Positions 39,588 through 54,267 of a DNA stretch of 64,000 bases are shown here, one piece after another; positions within the stretch are counted from its first letter, which is position 1; each line of letters begins with the position of its first letter. The notes beneath the pieces were generated by a model. The model ran no database searches and had not been told where the DNA came from. It saw only the letters and a list, made by a program, of their open reading frames with translations. This stretch comes from Octopus vulgaris (Eukaryota), in NCBI GenBank assembly GCA_951406725.2, contig OX597815.1, positions 111,786,001-111,850,000 on the forward strand, read 5' to 3'. The position numbers were made by a program, and so were the translations under genes.

Positions 39588-40381
39588 TGTGGCAGGTGTC
39601 ATATCTGTTAGTTATTTCTAAAAGTTACAATTTATGTAGCATCAAAATAAAATAGTTTTATTAGTATTCTCGTTTAGGAACAGCATTCGTTATTTCTTGC
39701 ACTCGCTGTGCTTTTGATAGCTTAATGTATGTGTAAGCATATTTGCCGTAATAACATAATAGGTGCATACTTAAAGAAATTCTTTGCATACGTTCTGACT
39801 GTACTCAGGCATTTACTTCAAGACATTTATTGCTCGTGGCAGCAGCTAATGAGAAAATATCGTTTTACACACCATTTGATTTTAAATTCCCTTTGGCCTT
39901 ATTAGTTTGCAAGTCAGTCTCTTTGTTGTCATGAACACATGATCTGAAATATAAAAAAGAAAAATATTAATTTAAATTTAATCCCACATACACATGCATC
40001 ATACTTTTTATAAGGGATAATCAATTTTTCTTTCACTAAATTCTAAAGTCGGCATCATTATTTATTGACCAAGAAAGAAATGACATGAATATCACATTGT
40101 TAGTATGAATAAAATATGATCAATATTTAAGTTATTTGAAATCTCTAGTTTCTGAAAACATAATTATGAATAAAGCGCAGGCTACAATATACTTTATTAT
40201 ACTGTATTTTTTATAAATTCATCACTATTGATATTTATTTTTTAATTATTATGACTATAAAAATATTGTTGTTATTGACAGTATTACTAAGAAGATATGT
40301 TGATATCGAATGTAGAATTAAAGAAACAAATGATGCTAATGCAAATATTTATTTATATAATGAAAAACTGTCAACAGTCGG

Positions 40382-40475
40382 GATGATGACGATGATGATG
40401 ATGATGACGATGATGATGATGATGACGATGATGATGATGATGACGATGATGATGATGATGACGATGATGATGATG
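40382..40475. repeat. (GAT)n microsatellite with a regular GAC every 15 bp
   Basis: Seen directly: (GATGATGATGATGAC)n. Confidence 0.95.
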
Positions 40476-41031
40476 AGGAGGAGAATGGTAGCGACGATGA
40501 CGAAGAGGACAATGATGAGGATTTCAACTACGACAGGGTGGATAACATTAAATGCGATTACAGTTGAAATAGATTTATAACAGTTGTAGAAATGACGATA
40601 AGAAAACATTAGCTATTTAACGGGTGGCAATATCTGCTGATGCCCATTTTTCATATTTAAGGACTGAAGATATATACTGCGTTCCACTGTATTCATTCTA
40701 GACATATGAGAAATATAACTTTTGATATCAATTATATTAATGTCACTTAAATTATTTCTCCAAATACCTGGGGCTATTTAAGTAGTATTCAAAGTTTTCA
40801 ACCCTGAGGTCAGCTTTCTAGGGACTTAGAAATTGTGTGTATATATGTGTCCATGTACGTATATGTAACATATATGTATGTGTGCATGTGTATATGTATG
40901 TCTATATTTAGCTATCTATCTCTTTCCATATATGTGTGTGTGTGTATGTATATGTGTATACATATGCATGTGCACGTACAAGTGTAAATTCATGTGTTTA
41001 TATATACTTATAAATGTATGTGTACGTGTGA

Positions 41032-41074
<43 letters not shown>

Positions 41075-41094
41075 GAGAGAGAGGGGGGGGGCAG

Positions 41095-41118
41095 ACAGGC
41101 AGACAGACAGACAGATGG

Positions 41119-41168
<50 letters not shown>

Positions 41169-41169
41169 T

Positions 41170-41207
<38 letters not shown>

Positions 41208-41236
41208 GGATAGATTGATAGATAGATAGATTGATA
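41095..41236. repeat. (GACA)n/(GATA)n microsatellite
   Basis: Seen directly. Confidence 0.95.
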
Positions 41237-41883
41237 GAAATATGTTATACATAGGTACATGGGAAAACACTCACACACACATACAATTTCTAAGTCCGTA
41301 GAAGTCTGGACTCAGGTTTTGAAAAGAATTAATATTAATTGAATTGCTTCAGATATTTAGAGAAATTATTTAAGTATCTTTATTAATTACGAAGTACATA
41401 TTTGCCCACAGGCGCAACGTATACGCTCAAAAACGATACACATTTAAGTATATGACGAATTCAGGCTTTACTTGAATTAGAGGAACAGCCAATATGCGAA
41501 GCTTCAGCACCTAAAATGTCAGTATGTATGTAGTCTGATGCATTTGCTTGCGTATGGCGACGTGAAAAACTAGTGTCCGTCATTCACACATCACGAACAA
41601 ATTTGTGTTTTCATTTCACCTCACATGCCTCTTGTCTCACATGTATAAGCTATTTATAAACTTCAATCACCAGGCTCTCGAAGCAACCCGACGACCAATA
41701 ACTTCAAACCATGCTATCAGAGTTGGACACTCGAAACTGAGCATTAGGTTTGAAATAAAGCCCATGAAATCAAACTATATGCAGCCGGAAGATGTAGCAC
41801 AACCGAAAAGAGGCGAGAGGCGATGAAATCGGGAAGCGAAGAAGCATAGTGAATATGCACCAAGAAATCGATATATATATATA

Positions 41884-41992
<109 letters not shown>

Positions 41993-41993
41993 G

Positions 41994-42029
<36 letters not shown>

Positions 42030-42039
42030 AGTAATTAAG

Positions 42040-42300
42040 TACAGGTGCATGGCTCATTCGTTGCACGCGCGATTGTGATGTCGTAGGTTCGGTTCCCATA
42101 CCGCGCGTTGCGTTATGCTCTTGAGCAAAACACTTCATTCCACATCGCACTTCGATGATTTCATCATTTGACATATGGACACCCGTTGTACCTGTACATT
42201 TATTGTCGATTTGATGGAGAGAGTGAGCATATGTTTACACAAACATTTGATCATTATAAACAAATCATCCGTGTGGGCGTTCGGTAACAAGATATCTAAC
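42040..42300 (+). mobile_element. tRNA-headed SINE, degenerate
   Basis: caggtgcatggctca...gtaggttcggttccc...cttgagcaaaacacttcattccaca. Confidence 0.6.
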
Positions 42301-42372
42301 TAGCATACGTCATCTAACGACGAGAGAGACCATCACACACACACACATAAACACACACACACACACACATAC

Positions 42373-42435
<63 letters not shown>

Positions 42436-42436
42436 G

Positions 42437-42563
42437 GGGCGCAGCTGTGGCTGTGTAGTAAGGAGATGCATGGCACCTAGGGCAAGTGTTTTCTGCTGTA
42501 GCGTCGGGTCGAGCAAGCCCTTGTGAGTGGAGTTGGTAGACAGAAACTGAAATAAAACCGTCG

Positions 42564-42565
<2 letters not shown>
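42437..42565 (+). mobile_element. tRNA-derived SINE 5' part with an internal deletion
   Basis: ggcgcagctgtggctgtgtagtaag..ggcacctagggcaagtg...gtagacagaaactgaa. Confidence 0.75.
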
Positions 42566-42596
<31 letters not shown>

Positions 42597-43004
42597 ACAT
42601 ATACATGTGTGCTGCACCACGTTTAATCACATGGATCTTAATCCTCCAAAGAAAAATTTCCATAGGCTATTATTGAACGCAAAAAACATAAAGACTCTAC
42701 AACGTATCGGTATACTTATTTTTTTAATTTTTGTATATGTTTATTATTATTTGTTTGAAAAAAAACATTGTATATTTCTTTTTTCCCCTTCCTCAATTTA
42801 AGAAAATTTCTTTTCACCTTTCAAATCTTGAAAATTTGATTGATATGAAAAGCGGTTAGACATATTATTTTCTAAAAATTTTCCATAGACCCATTTTTAT
42901 TAAAATTTACCTTCAATTTAGCATTCTGCCTTTTTATAATTTTTCCTTTCCTATATATATATATATGCATACACACCTAAACACACACACATATATACTT
43001 GGAA

Positions 43005-43858
43005 ATTACAGAAAAACAAAATACGAAGACAGGTGTATGAGCACCAAGAAGGTGTATATATTTAACGCTCTTCAACAGAAAGGTACACGAGGAAATAAGC
43101 AGAGACTGAAAAGAGTTTAGAGTTAACTGTCAGTCATGGCGATTTCCTGAACAAAGGTAGTTAGACAGGAGGGCTACGAAGAAGGGAAAATAATAAAGTA
43201 TTGGTGATTCCAAAACGAAGGTGCGCCTGCGTGTGTGTATGCTAAAGAGTTTAAGTCTGGGTAGGGGCTGGTGACTTTGACGTGTGGATGTGTGTGTGTG
43301 TAAGTGCGTGCGTCTGCAATGTGTGAGTGAAGGAAGAAGGTGGTTTGGAGTGAAGAGAGGAAGTGGGTATCAGGACAAGAGACGAGGGGAGAATGGGTAG
43401 GAATGGAGAGAGGAAGTAGGTGTCAGTTGAACAGGGGAGAGGAGGAGAGTCAGATGAAGAGAGGAGGGGAGATGAGCACACGTGGCGCAAAGGAGCGAAG
43501 AGAGAAGATTAATACCTGCTTACGGCGAAGGTGGGAGTCCTGTTGGCTCCTGTGCAAAGACGATCCGAACAGAGACAGGTGATGTATTGAATGACGGGTA
43601 GAGAGGAATTGGCGCGAGTCCGGGTTGTCATAGGTGAGTCTAATGCCTCGTAGGTACTCCTCGAACCGGTCAGCCAAGCGGCGTCTCGTTTTACAGATGT
43701 ATAGTGAAGGACAGAAAGAACAGAAGATGCAATAAATTACATAGTTAGGAGGGCAGGTAAAGGAGTCAGTGATATGATAGGGACGATGATGGGTGCCAGA
43801 AAAACGATACACGGAAAAAGATGTATAAGTAACAACGAGGTGTATTAGTTTGATGCTC
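43005..43858 (-). mobile_element. Penelope-like element remnant: GIY-YIG endonuclease between short direct repeats
   Basis: ORF 43450-43860 SFTCPPNYVIYCIFCSFCPSLYICKTRRRLADRFEEYLR...KQVLIFSLRSFAP is a decayed PLE GIY-YIG with CxxC. ~43010-43070 and ~43798-43858 are direct repeats. Confidence 0.85.
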
Positions 43859-43898
<40 letters not shown>

Positions 43899-43955
43899 AT
43901 GTTTGTTTGTGTGTGTGTGCGTGTGTATATATATATATGTATATATATATGCATT

Positions 43956-43986
<31 letters not shown>

Positions 43987-44039
43987 TATATATATATATA
44001 TATATATCCATCTCTTTCTCTTTTTCTATCTCTCGTTGT

Positions 44040-44415
44040 TCACACGCGACCAGCTTTCTTTTTGTGCACTACGCTCTAAGGACTGGACACTTCTATCTCT
44101 CGCTTCTATCTTTTCTCTTTTCAAAGAAAATATTTCCCCCACGTTCTGGGCTAACAACCCTCCATGTTTGTTTTCTTTCGGTTTCCTTGTATGTCTACAC
44201 ACGCCTGTTTTTGTTATCTACTTTGAAGCTCCGTAAATCCAATATTTTATTTTGGAATTTATGGGAACAACAGTCTTCGAAGACTCTTTGAAGACTCGAA
44301 ATGTGTAGATAGAGAGCTGACAACTGATGAAGGGTCGTTGTTTGTGTATTTAACTTCTTTGTTTCGTACTTTATAATGTTTACAGCTGGTGACGTCCTCT
44401 ACCCATATATGCATA

Positions 44416-44493
<78 letters not shown>

Positions 44494-44537
44494 CATACAT
44501 ATATATATATATATATACATATATATATTTATATATT

Positions 44538-44570
<33 letters not shown>

Positions 44571-44575
44571 TTATA

Positions 44576-44643
<68 letters not shown>

Positions 44644-45235
44644 AATATAAGTTATTTATATTATTATTTAATTGAACGCTACGCATCCATTTCCAAGTAA
44701 GTTTATCTTAACGTTTTTGATGCAACACTATACTGTTTCTCTCCCATCCTTCTCTAATTCCCTTTTCTCCCCTTCACCGTTTTCTATCTGCATCTCTTTA
44801 ATATCGTCCATCTTTCCTTCACGTGACCATCTTTCTTTTTCTGGACGTCTCCTATCTCTCTCTATCGTCTTCTCTCTTTTCAAAGAAAATATTTCTTCCA
44901 GCGTTCCCTATTTCCTCCTCATTCTGGTCTAATGTCTCTCCATGTTTGTGTTTATACAGTTTCCTTATATTTCTCCACTGTCCTGTTTTTGTGCCCAACA
45001 ATTACCCTCCATGAATCCAAAACTTTATTTTGGATTTATGGGAGTTTATTTTGGTGTTTATTCGAAGACTCATATTGTTGTTGAATGCTCGAAATGTTGA
45101 GTAGATATTCAACCGATAACTGATGAAGGGACTTTCCTTGTGTTACTTGCCCTGTTTTCCATTTTTTTCCCTGTTTGCGTATTTAACACATTTGTTTTCA
45201 AACGTCATCTGGTTTACAGCTGGTGATGTTCTGTA
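44040..45235 (+). repeat. Two diverged direct copies (~44040-44405, ~44820-45238) of a PLE-LTR-like repeat separated by (TA)n
   Basis: Shared tctcttttcaaagaaaatatt, ctcgaaatg..actgatgaaggg and gtttacagctggtga. A short inverted copy of the end lies at 45390-45425. Confidence 0.65.
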
Positions 45236-45266
45236 CCATATATGCATATATATACATGCATACATA

Positions 45267-45355
<89 letters not shown>

Positions 45356-45459
45356 TGTGTGTGTATGTCTTTGTGTGTGTATGTATATATGTTACACAAC
45401 GTCACCAGCTGTAAACCAGGTGAAGTACGAAAAAATGAGTTATATATATATATACATAA

Positions 45460-46040
45460 AGTGTGTTATGAACATTTATAGAACACGTATAAAACCTATA
45501 GAAACTCAACAAACACAGATGGAGAGGTTATGAGATATAGTTCATACACAACTTTACTGAACACTATCTTAGCATGTAATTGTCTTTCATAAAGTTATTA
45601 TGTATATCCGAATGTTATGTGACACTCACTCTATCTAGTATTCTGTAACAGTATAACACTCTACTGATATATTCTTTTTGATGTATTGTTTTTTCACACA
45701 GAGGAGAATAGAATTATTGTAATTCATTTAATTATAATTATAATGAAATTAATTTTTTACCATGTTATTTACATGTTAATATCACTGCTCGTATCGATCG
45801 TATGCATGAATTAAATTTTATTTTTATAACTTATAACACTTTCTCTTCTCCATCTTTAATTGTTTGTTGTGTTTCTATAGGATACGTGTTCTATAAAGGC
45901 TCATAAACTATATACTTGTAACTTTTTCATATTCGAAAAATACTTACTACAGTAAGCTACCAATGTAATATGAAGAAATTTTATTAGGAATCCACCTTTG
46001 GAATTCCCGAAAGTAAAGGATGATATAGAACTCAACCTTT

Positions 46041-46045
<5 letters not shown>
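45460..46045. repeat. Repeat with inverted ends, same family as 19670-20060
   Basis: 45465-45530 is inverted relative to 45840-45906, and 45915-46042 is inverted relative to 19678-19800. Confidence 0.6.
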
Positions 46046-46083
<38 letters not shown>

Positions 46084-46206
46084 TATACATACATATATAT
46101 ACATATATATATACATATATACATATATATATATATACATATATATACATATATATATACATATACATATATATATACATACATATATCTATATCATTTA
46201 TATTAT

Positions 46207-46264
<58 letters not shown>

Positions 46265-46299
46265 TTATATTTGTATCTTTTCTTTTCTTTAATCTTTCA

Positions 46300-47284
46300 T
46301 TGGTTTCAATCCAGGGTTGAGGTGATGCTGGTGCACCACTTGTAGTTACTCGGTGTTTTTTTTCTGTATTGTGTTGGGTGAAGCATTACGTTGGACGGAG
46401 CTGCTCTTCTTTGTGTTCCAGCCGCGATGTGGTTTCATCTGATATCCCAGATAGAATCTTGTCCAGACTTTCCTTGAAAACCTCTACATCAATACCATAT
46501 AGGTCTCTATGGTTGCCTGGAAGGATATTGAACAACTGTGGGCCATTGAAACCCAGACTATTGCAGTACTCTCTCCTTATTTTAGATGGGGAAGGCAAGA
46601 TCTTTGGTAAGATGCAGTGCCGTCCAGTTGGAGGATTGGTTTGGCTGTCAACTACAAAATTGGGAGCTAAACGCCCTAAGATCTTCCAAATATATATAAC
46701 CGCATATCTCTCTTGTCTTCTCTCCAGGGAATAAAGACTCAGCTTCTTTAGCCCCCAACCCCACCCAGTGGCTCATCCTTTGCATCGAGTAAATCTTCTT
46801 TGTGTATTGGCGCAGGTTCGCTTCGAGATGCTGTTTGCTTCACACTCTCAGGGCACCATAGTTGGGAGGATTAGTTCAAATGGCTGAGAACGATAGTCCT
46901 CTATATGAGTAGTAGGGCCTCTCTTTTCCTGGTTCTGAATGTCATCAGATTTCAGCCAGTTAGTCGCTGCACAGTGTTGCCACATTGGTAATATGCACAT
47001 GGAATATTGCATCATTGCTCATCTCAATTCCCAGGTCACGCACCGACGCTGACTCTGACATTGTATCATATTCTGGTCGAGTGTATTCCGGTTTTAGCCT
47101 GGAGTTGGGCCGATATTGGAGTGCTTGAAATTTCATACCATTGAACTGCGTGTTATTTTTGTTAGCCCACATGGATATTTCATTCAGGTCTTTCTGCAGT
47201 TTTATTATATCTGGTGGGTTTCTAACTGCCTGCGATACTTTTGTGCCGTCAGCATAACTGGTCAGATTGGCTGACTCTACAGGA

Positions 47285-47285
<1 letters not shown>
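46300..47285 (-). mobile_element. CR1-like LINE 3' portion (RT C-terminus)
   Basis: Minus strand YADGTKV...LQKDLNEISMWANKNNTQFNGMKFQAL, VRDLGIEMSND, LYSLERRQERYAVIYIWKI, NSLGFNGPQLFNILP. Confidence 0.85.
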
Positions 47286-47324
<39 letters not shown>

Positions 47325-48011
47325 CACCTAATAGAGAAAACGGACGGAATACTTTTCTATATGGGTAACCGTTTAATATCTTTCATAACACATCTGTTTA
47401 TTCAGTCAGCATTTACATTCTTATACTTCAGTTTCATAAATGTTTAACTTTCTACAAATCGTACAAGTTATAAACTTGCTAGTTTAATAATTTATGTCTG
47501 TTCAAATTATTTACGTAATTAATCTATCCCTATTGATATTTCGTTCTGTCTGTGTTTTCTATAATTAGATTAAATCCGTGGATGGACAAATTCTACGTTT
47601 CGTCCCGGGACATTTTTTTTTATCAATCTCTATTCAGAGTGATGCTAATTTATTTTTTTATTAAATAATTCGCTTTTCACCTAGTGTTCTATGCTTCTAG
47701 GACATATTTGAATTCTTGGCGTTACTTATAATAATAGAACGTTCGGACATGCGGCCTTGCACAAATCAATTCGATCCGTAGGAAGCGTACAAGAAGTGTT
47801 CATAATATATTTCATTAGAATGATGATGGCGATATGACGACATTTACGGTGATGATGATGTAAGCAACATGCTCGGCTATTTGAATGAAGTCTTAATAAA
47901 ATATATTTCGAAATTTCAAATCTTCAAACATCGAATCTGTTGAAAATATTTAATCCAAGTTTTTTAACTTCAAGAATTTGAATCAAATGCTCCTCAAAGT
48001 CAATTTTGATA

Positions 48012-48081
<70 letters not shown>

Positions 48082-49453
48082 CTCTCTCTCATGCAATCTC
48101 ATGACTATACTTACAGAAATGTGACGTGTTTTTTGAAGTTTCATAAGCGTCTTGTTATTTGTTGTATTTTTTATAAATTTTACTTGCTTAATTTCGCTAA
48201 TCTAATTCTTGCATTACAGTTACATAAAGTAAAATAAAGTAAAATATGTGTGTGGTATAAGTATATAACACATTTATTTGTCGCACATACGTTTTGATTA
48301 ATTAGCAACGAAATTCATTTTCAGTCATTTCACTGATATACATATATCTTCTACACCTTCTATATGAAATTTAATTACATTAACTGCAATAAGTTGCTGG
48401 AAAATAAACAACACTTTGAAATATTTCTGTTTGATGCTATTAATGTGTTGGGGCACGTACGCACTTCAGTATTAAAAGATATGCAAAGTTTACATTTCTC
48501 TTGTACAGATTACAATATCAGTCATATCAGCGTGAGTTTCAGCACCTACATTTTGCTATTTAGGCAATCCAGCATCAAGGCAGAACAAGTATATTAGTCT
48601 CATAACTCCAGTGTCGTATAATAAAAATGTAAACAGAAAAGGTAAATCGGAATAGCAAGCGGCATTTTGTCGGATTAGAAATCGACAGAGAGTTTAATAT
48701 ATTCCGTTTCGGATATCTTTTAACTAAACTACAGCGTATTAAATGCATACACCAACTCAATTCTTAGTTTGTGAATTGAATTTTCCTACCGCTTATTAGA
48801 AGTAGGATTCTGAGAACACATGGTTATTATTGAAAAGAATGTGAACTCCGCTTTTAAGAAATTAGAGTATTGACTCTTGCAATTAATGTAGCACTAGTGA
48901 TGAAACACAAAATACCTACCTGTAGCTTTTACATTATCAAATAAGTGATTTATGCCTTCAGACTAAATTATGGAGCAAAATCAATGAAATAGACTAAGTT
49001 ATTTCCTTTGACAAATGGGAAATATGAACATTATACCTTAGAATAAATTTCGCTCGGTGAAACCTGAGATTTCTAACCCTCAAGGAATATCATTGTACTG
49101 AATTATAAATGTGTGGACTTATGTCTAAATGAAATATCTCTATAAATTCAGATACTTCAACATCAACAATTACTCAATTCAAATTCATTGTGATTCCTTT
49201 ATGATGACAGTTGATTAATATTATTTTGATATGTCTATTGTACAGTTCAGAATATTTACCATAGTGTGCTTTTATTCACATGTAGAAAGGCGCCACAAGA
49301 CAAGAAGTTGCTGCTAATAATTTCAGAAACAAAATTTACGAATGAAAATGGCTCTAAACTATTTTCAATGTAATACAATATATATAATTTCTGATGTAAA
49401 AAAAAAACAAAAAACGGTTAACATTGCTTTTATATTCAACATTGTTTAACACA

Positions 49454-49635
49454 TACGAGAGGGTGATGGACATATCCTGACTTTGGGTAAAAGAATATAC
49501 AGGAGGATCAGTTAATTATCATTTCATTCACTCTCAGATTCACACACAGCGGTCTTTCAATTTTTCTAGTCCCTGTAAAACAACTCGGAAGGTTAGGACA
49601 CCCACCAGGCGTTTCGCGATACCGTAAAACCAAGA
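49454..49635. mobile_element. Mariner-type MITE
   Basis: TA-flanked degenerate TIRs tacgagagggtgatggacatatcctgacttt / aaaaccaagaacttttcaacagtcccacgta. Confidence 0.55.
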
Positions 49636-49849
49636 ACTTTTCAACAGTCCCACGTATGTTCTTTCGTTAATTATAACACAAATCTCATGTATAATTGTAT
49701 TCAGATGACCTAATTAAGAGTACAATTGTGTAAGATTAGTAAGAGCAAATTATTCAACTCAGTCCCTATAACCGTGTAATTTCCTTTCGCTAACGTATAA
49801 TGAATCTATATATAAGAAATTAAAAAAAGAAAATACGCACACTTTACAT

Positions 49850-51400
49850 AGTTTTAATATAATTTTTAATATAGCGACCCGTTTCGCTATCGCTATTCAT
49901 GATATCATGGTTTACTTATTTCAATATGTATTTTCTTAAGAAGAAATTTTGTTCATGTGTGTGATGATATTTTCGAGTGACTGACTTCACAAGTAGAAAA
50001 ATAAGGGGAGGTAATTGGTTACCGTTATTATTGTTATTGTTGTTAGCAAGGGAAATAACTGTTCAGCTTTCGGTGAGGGGAGGGGAATATATATGTACAG
50101 ACAAAAAAAAAAGGGTTTCGAAAAACCTGTTTAGTGAGAGGATTTATTTACAGTGATGTAATCGTGAATTGAAATATGTAAAAAGTTGGTTATGCGTGCA
50201 TATTAAGACGTGTTCTGAATTCTTTATTGAAACATTATTTTGGAGAGATTGTGTCTTTGCACTGTTAGAAGGGGAAGACTGTGAAATTTGGTTTGATGTT
50301 GTCTGCACATTTTTCTATACGTTCACTGAGAGGATTTTGCCTGTATTATGGAAAATGGATTTGCTCTTTATGTAGAGTGGTTCTCTTCCTCAAGGTTATA
50401 CCAGTCTATGCAATATATTTGAGTCCGCAATCCGAGCAGGTTATTACATAAATTAGGTTCTCAGAGGCACAAGAGAAAGTAGTTTTAATTGTGAACCTCT
50501 GTCTTGTTTGTAAAGGAAATCCGAGCCTTCAAGTAGGTTGGGGCAAGTTCCACAATTTGGACGTCTACATTTATTAACCGTTCGTTTCGTGGTTGTTTTG
50601 TAAGGCTTCGCATTTGTTAGTAGTCTCTTTAGCGATATGTCTTATTTTTTGCATTTGATGAGTTTGTCTGCTTTCAGGATGTCGTTCATTTTTGGATCTC
50701 TAGTTAGTAAAGGGAGATTTTGCACCACAGTGTTGAATGCCTCACTGTTTCTGGGGTTGTGTGTTGATATAAATAGTAATGTTTTGTGATGAAGTGTGAT
50801 GTTATGTTTTGTTGTTCTTAGTGTTTTTTATGTCTATTTTTTTTTTTTGGCACGTTTAATTCTCGTCTATATGTGAAGGTAGATATTGTCTTTCAGTAAG
50901 GGTTTTTTGTAGTCTTGAAGATCCCGAGTTGTTCTATCAGACAATATTGTGCAAATCCTTTATGCTAAGTTGAAAGGGATATTTATTTTGATGTGTTTCG
51001 GGTGGCATGAGTTAAAAAGGAGATTTTGTTTTCAATCAGTTGGTTTATAAGAGATGTCAGTTATGATGTGATTGTTGACTTTTATCATGATGTCTAAAGA
51101 TGAGAGTTGTTCATTGTGAATTGAATCTTACTATTTATATCATTTAGTGTTGATTTGAAATCGAAAGGTTTGTCGATGATCTCCTTCCAAATGATAAAAC
51201 AGTCATCCAGGAATCTTTTCCAATTTTCTCTTATATAGAGATAAAATGGGTGACCATATTTCTGAAGTGATACTCCATATAAGGTGAATTTACATAACCT
51301 ATTATTAGGTTCGCAAGAACATTTCGTTCCTATCGTATTTCCGCATTTTTGACGATAGTATGTGTCATCAAATAGGAAATAGTTGGATTGAATTATATTG
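49850..51400 (-). mobile_element. Decayed Penelope-like element (RT + GIY-YIG)
   Basis: Minus strand RENWKRFLDDCFIIW (~51185-51232), TDISYKPTD*KQNLLFNSCHPKHIKINIPFNLA*RICTI (~50945-51062), CASENLIYVITCSDCGLKYIA*TGITLRKR (~50382-50471). Confidence 0.85.
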
Positions 51401-51775
51401 AGTGGTCATTGAGAATACAAAGAAAGATACCTTTAATACAGATAAAGAACAGCGATCACAGCCTGTTCTTTGTCTATCTCTTTAACATCTTGGAGATTTT
51501 AGGTATGATTATAATAATGTGTCCATCTGTTCTAATTTAATTAAATTATGTCTTTGTGCAGCTGAGGAAAGATAATTTTAATTTGAAGTAATGATTGCAT
51601 TGTTCAATTAAATGGAGTTGCATGAAACGATCGTACAGCATTACCTCTAGATATCCTTGTTGCTTATTTTGATTTTAATCACCTTACTTTGAAATTGTAT
51701 GGAAAATACCGTACTAAATTCTGGTGCCTCAACGTAAGTACCATATTCATGTGAATCTATCTATCTGTCTATCTA

Positions 51776-51817
<42 letters not shown>

Positions 51818-51850
51818 CATGTGTGTGCGTGTGTGTATACACACACACAT

Positions 51851-51899
<49 letters not shown>

Positions 51900-51919
51900 C
51901 ATATATGCATATATATATA

Positions 51920-51976
51920 GGCGGTACTCCAGCATGGCCGCAGTCAGGTGACTGAAACGTGTAAAAGAATAAAAGA
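51920..51976 (+). mobile_element. SINE 3' tail fragment
   Basis: ggcggtactccagcatggccgcagtc..gactgaaacgtgtaaaagaataaaag. Confidence 0.75.
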
Positions 51977-52449
51977 CTATATATATATATATATAATATA
52001 TATAAACACGCTTTGTATTAAGTGACTCCACCTAATTGTTCTGGTTAATACCGTTATGTATTATTATGCACTAGTTTATCCGTAATTTTATTTATTGAAT
52101 ATATGTTCAAATATGTTTTGCATTATGTGTACTTCCTTATTTTCTGAAAATTGCTAAAGAAAAGACTTCTAGATAATTTGTTGGGAAAATGAGAAAAGAG
52201 AAAATAAATTCAAAATATTCAGAAATAATATCACGAAATACCTACTTACATATTTTAAATGCTACTTGATTTAGAGTAGAGCTACGGACATGTTTTGGTT
52301 TTATTGCATCATTTGTCCGGTTGCGAAGTCAAAGACGAATTTTTTGTACATATACAATAAGATTGGACCCTAGTTGTTTTTTTGTTCATAATCGAAATAT
52401 GCTAATTTGTAGGAAATACTCAAGTAGTACAATTGCATGCATTTATGTA

Positions 52450-53005
52450 CGCAGTCTGATCGGTAATTATCCAGATTTTTGTTATATTAACGAAGCCAAA
52501 GCACGCAGAGTAAAGCCGCTTGGAACAGAATTGCCTGCGATGCATGCTCACTAAGGCTTAACGTTCTAGCTCACTTCTGCTGTTTATAGCAGTGCTTGAA
52601 AGAAAGGTGTGTAGTGTGTGATCGTCGCATTGATCATGACAGAGAACATGACAATTTGTCAAAAGTTTGGCGATGCTTGCTCAGACGTCTACACAAACCT
52701 TTCAAAAATTTTTCATCGTCTCTCCATACACCCCTCTCCATACACTTTCTGCAACTTTGCGCTGGCCTCTGTGCAGGTATCGTGATGACACCTTTCTGTG
52801 TCATAGTCAATGCACCGATCACACGCTACACACCTTCTTTCCAAACACTGCTGTAAACAGCGGAAGTGAGCTAAAATGTTAAACCTTAGTGCATGTGGAC
52901 AGTAGAGTTATACACTAAGTTAAAATCTGTCCCAAGCGGCTTTACTCTACGTGATTCAGCTTCGTTACTATCTCAAGTATGCAGGTACGTATTGATCAGA
53001 CCTTG
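52450..53005. mobile_element. Mariner-derived foldback MITE built from two inverted 5' ends
   Basis: TA|cgcagtctgatc ... gatcagaccttg|TA. The arms 52450-52634 and 52795-53005 are reverse complements; each runs into an ATG and a transposase-like N-terminus (QKFGDACSDVY; DTCTEASAKLQKVYGE). Confidence 0.75.
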
Positions 53006-54267
53006 TATATCATGTAATATGTGATTGATGCATTCAATAACTTCTCAGATATTTGTGATTTAGCGTTTACTTCAATAAATATGTCTCGCGATAAGGATAA
53101 GTGGCTCGCAAACTAAAGATGTTGAGTTTTCAAGTAACTGAGAAATAATTTCTCCCTAAAATTCATTTACCTGCTTATGAGAATATTAGATGTATGTTGT
53201 CAGCAAGATGACGATTACCGACAAATTTCAAAATAATTGCACCTAGTTTGCGAGGTTTAGACGAGCTCGAACATGTTTGATCATTTGGGAAAATTGACAC
53301 AATCACACAAATAATTACAATGATTTTTTACTATTAATAATAGGCTTTACATTAATAAAGAAGTGATGTGTTTCTTTGCAACTAACAGGTTTGAAGTGAA
53401 GTGTGGGGCATCATATTCTTCTGCCGAGCAGAAAATGTGTGTTTATATTATCCATAATGGTAAATACATTATTCCTTAGCTATGTTGTAATATATCTTAA
53501 TGGATTCTATAACACTCATAATTAGATATTTAAAGAGAGAGGGAGAGAGAGGGAGGAGGGATAAAATTTTATATTATGGAAATTGGTAAATTTGTTATAA
53601 TTTTTGTTTAAATGTTTTCAACCACTTAATGACAGTACTGATGTTTTTCCCTTTCTAAAGATTGGTTACATTTGTAAACTTTGTAATAACCGTATTATGA
53701 TAATGTAAATAATTACTATGTTGTTTGATTTTGCCATTTACATTTATCAATATTTAGCAAACGTCTTACTGATCCGTGAATGTGATTTACACAGTGTTTT
53801 CAACTAAGTGTTTAACCTATTTATTCAGAATGTTTGTAGCGCATATGATCCGATCTATATTTTCGAAAGTGTGTCATGTGCAATTACTTAGTTCTTCACA
53901 AACGAGCAATAACTGTATTAATCTCTCCCCCTCTCTCTCTCTCTCTCACTCTCTCTCTCTCTGATGACGCTTTTGTGAAATTACATGAAAATCTTTGCTA
54001 AATTGCATATTCTCCACATGCTCCAGATTCATACGCTTCATGTTCTAAAAACAGCTATAAGAGACTTTACCTATCGACTATACCCACTCCGTATAAATTA
54101 AATGCTCTAAGGTGATACAAAATGTTCTCTATTTCTATCCCATATCAAACAGATCTATGTTGAACCACTTCTGGACATGTTGATTTACACTCTCAATACC
54201 AAATTATTTCACTTGCAGTCCAAGCCGGAGATTTAATAAGAATCAAAACTGAGCAGTGGCTACCAAA

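Noticed and set aside
44324-45135. ctgatgaaggg at 44325 and 45120
   Set aside because: No downstream stem II-GAAA found in either copy.
47592-47628. Minus-strand GTCC-cgg-GGAC-GAAA-CG-TA half hammerhead
   Set aside because: No intact CUGANGA (ttgataaaaaaaaat instead).
49871-49910. Minus-strand gcGAAAcgggTC at the PLE 3' end
   Set aside because: The position fits a pLTR ribozyme, but the CUGANGA box is not recognisable.
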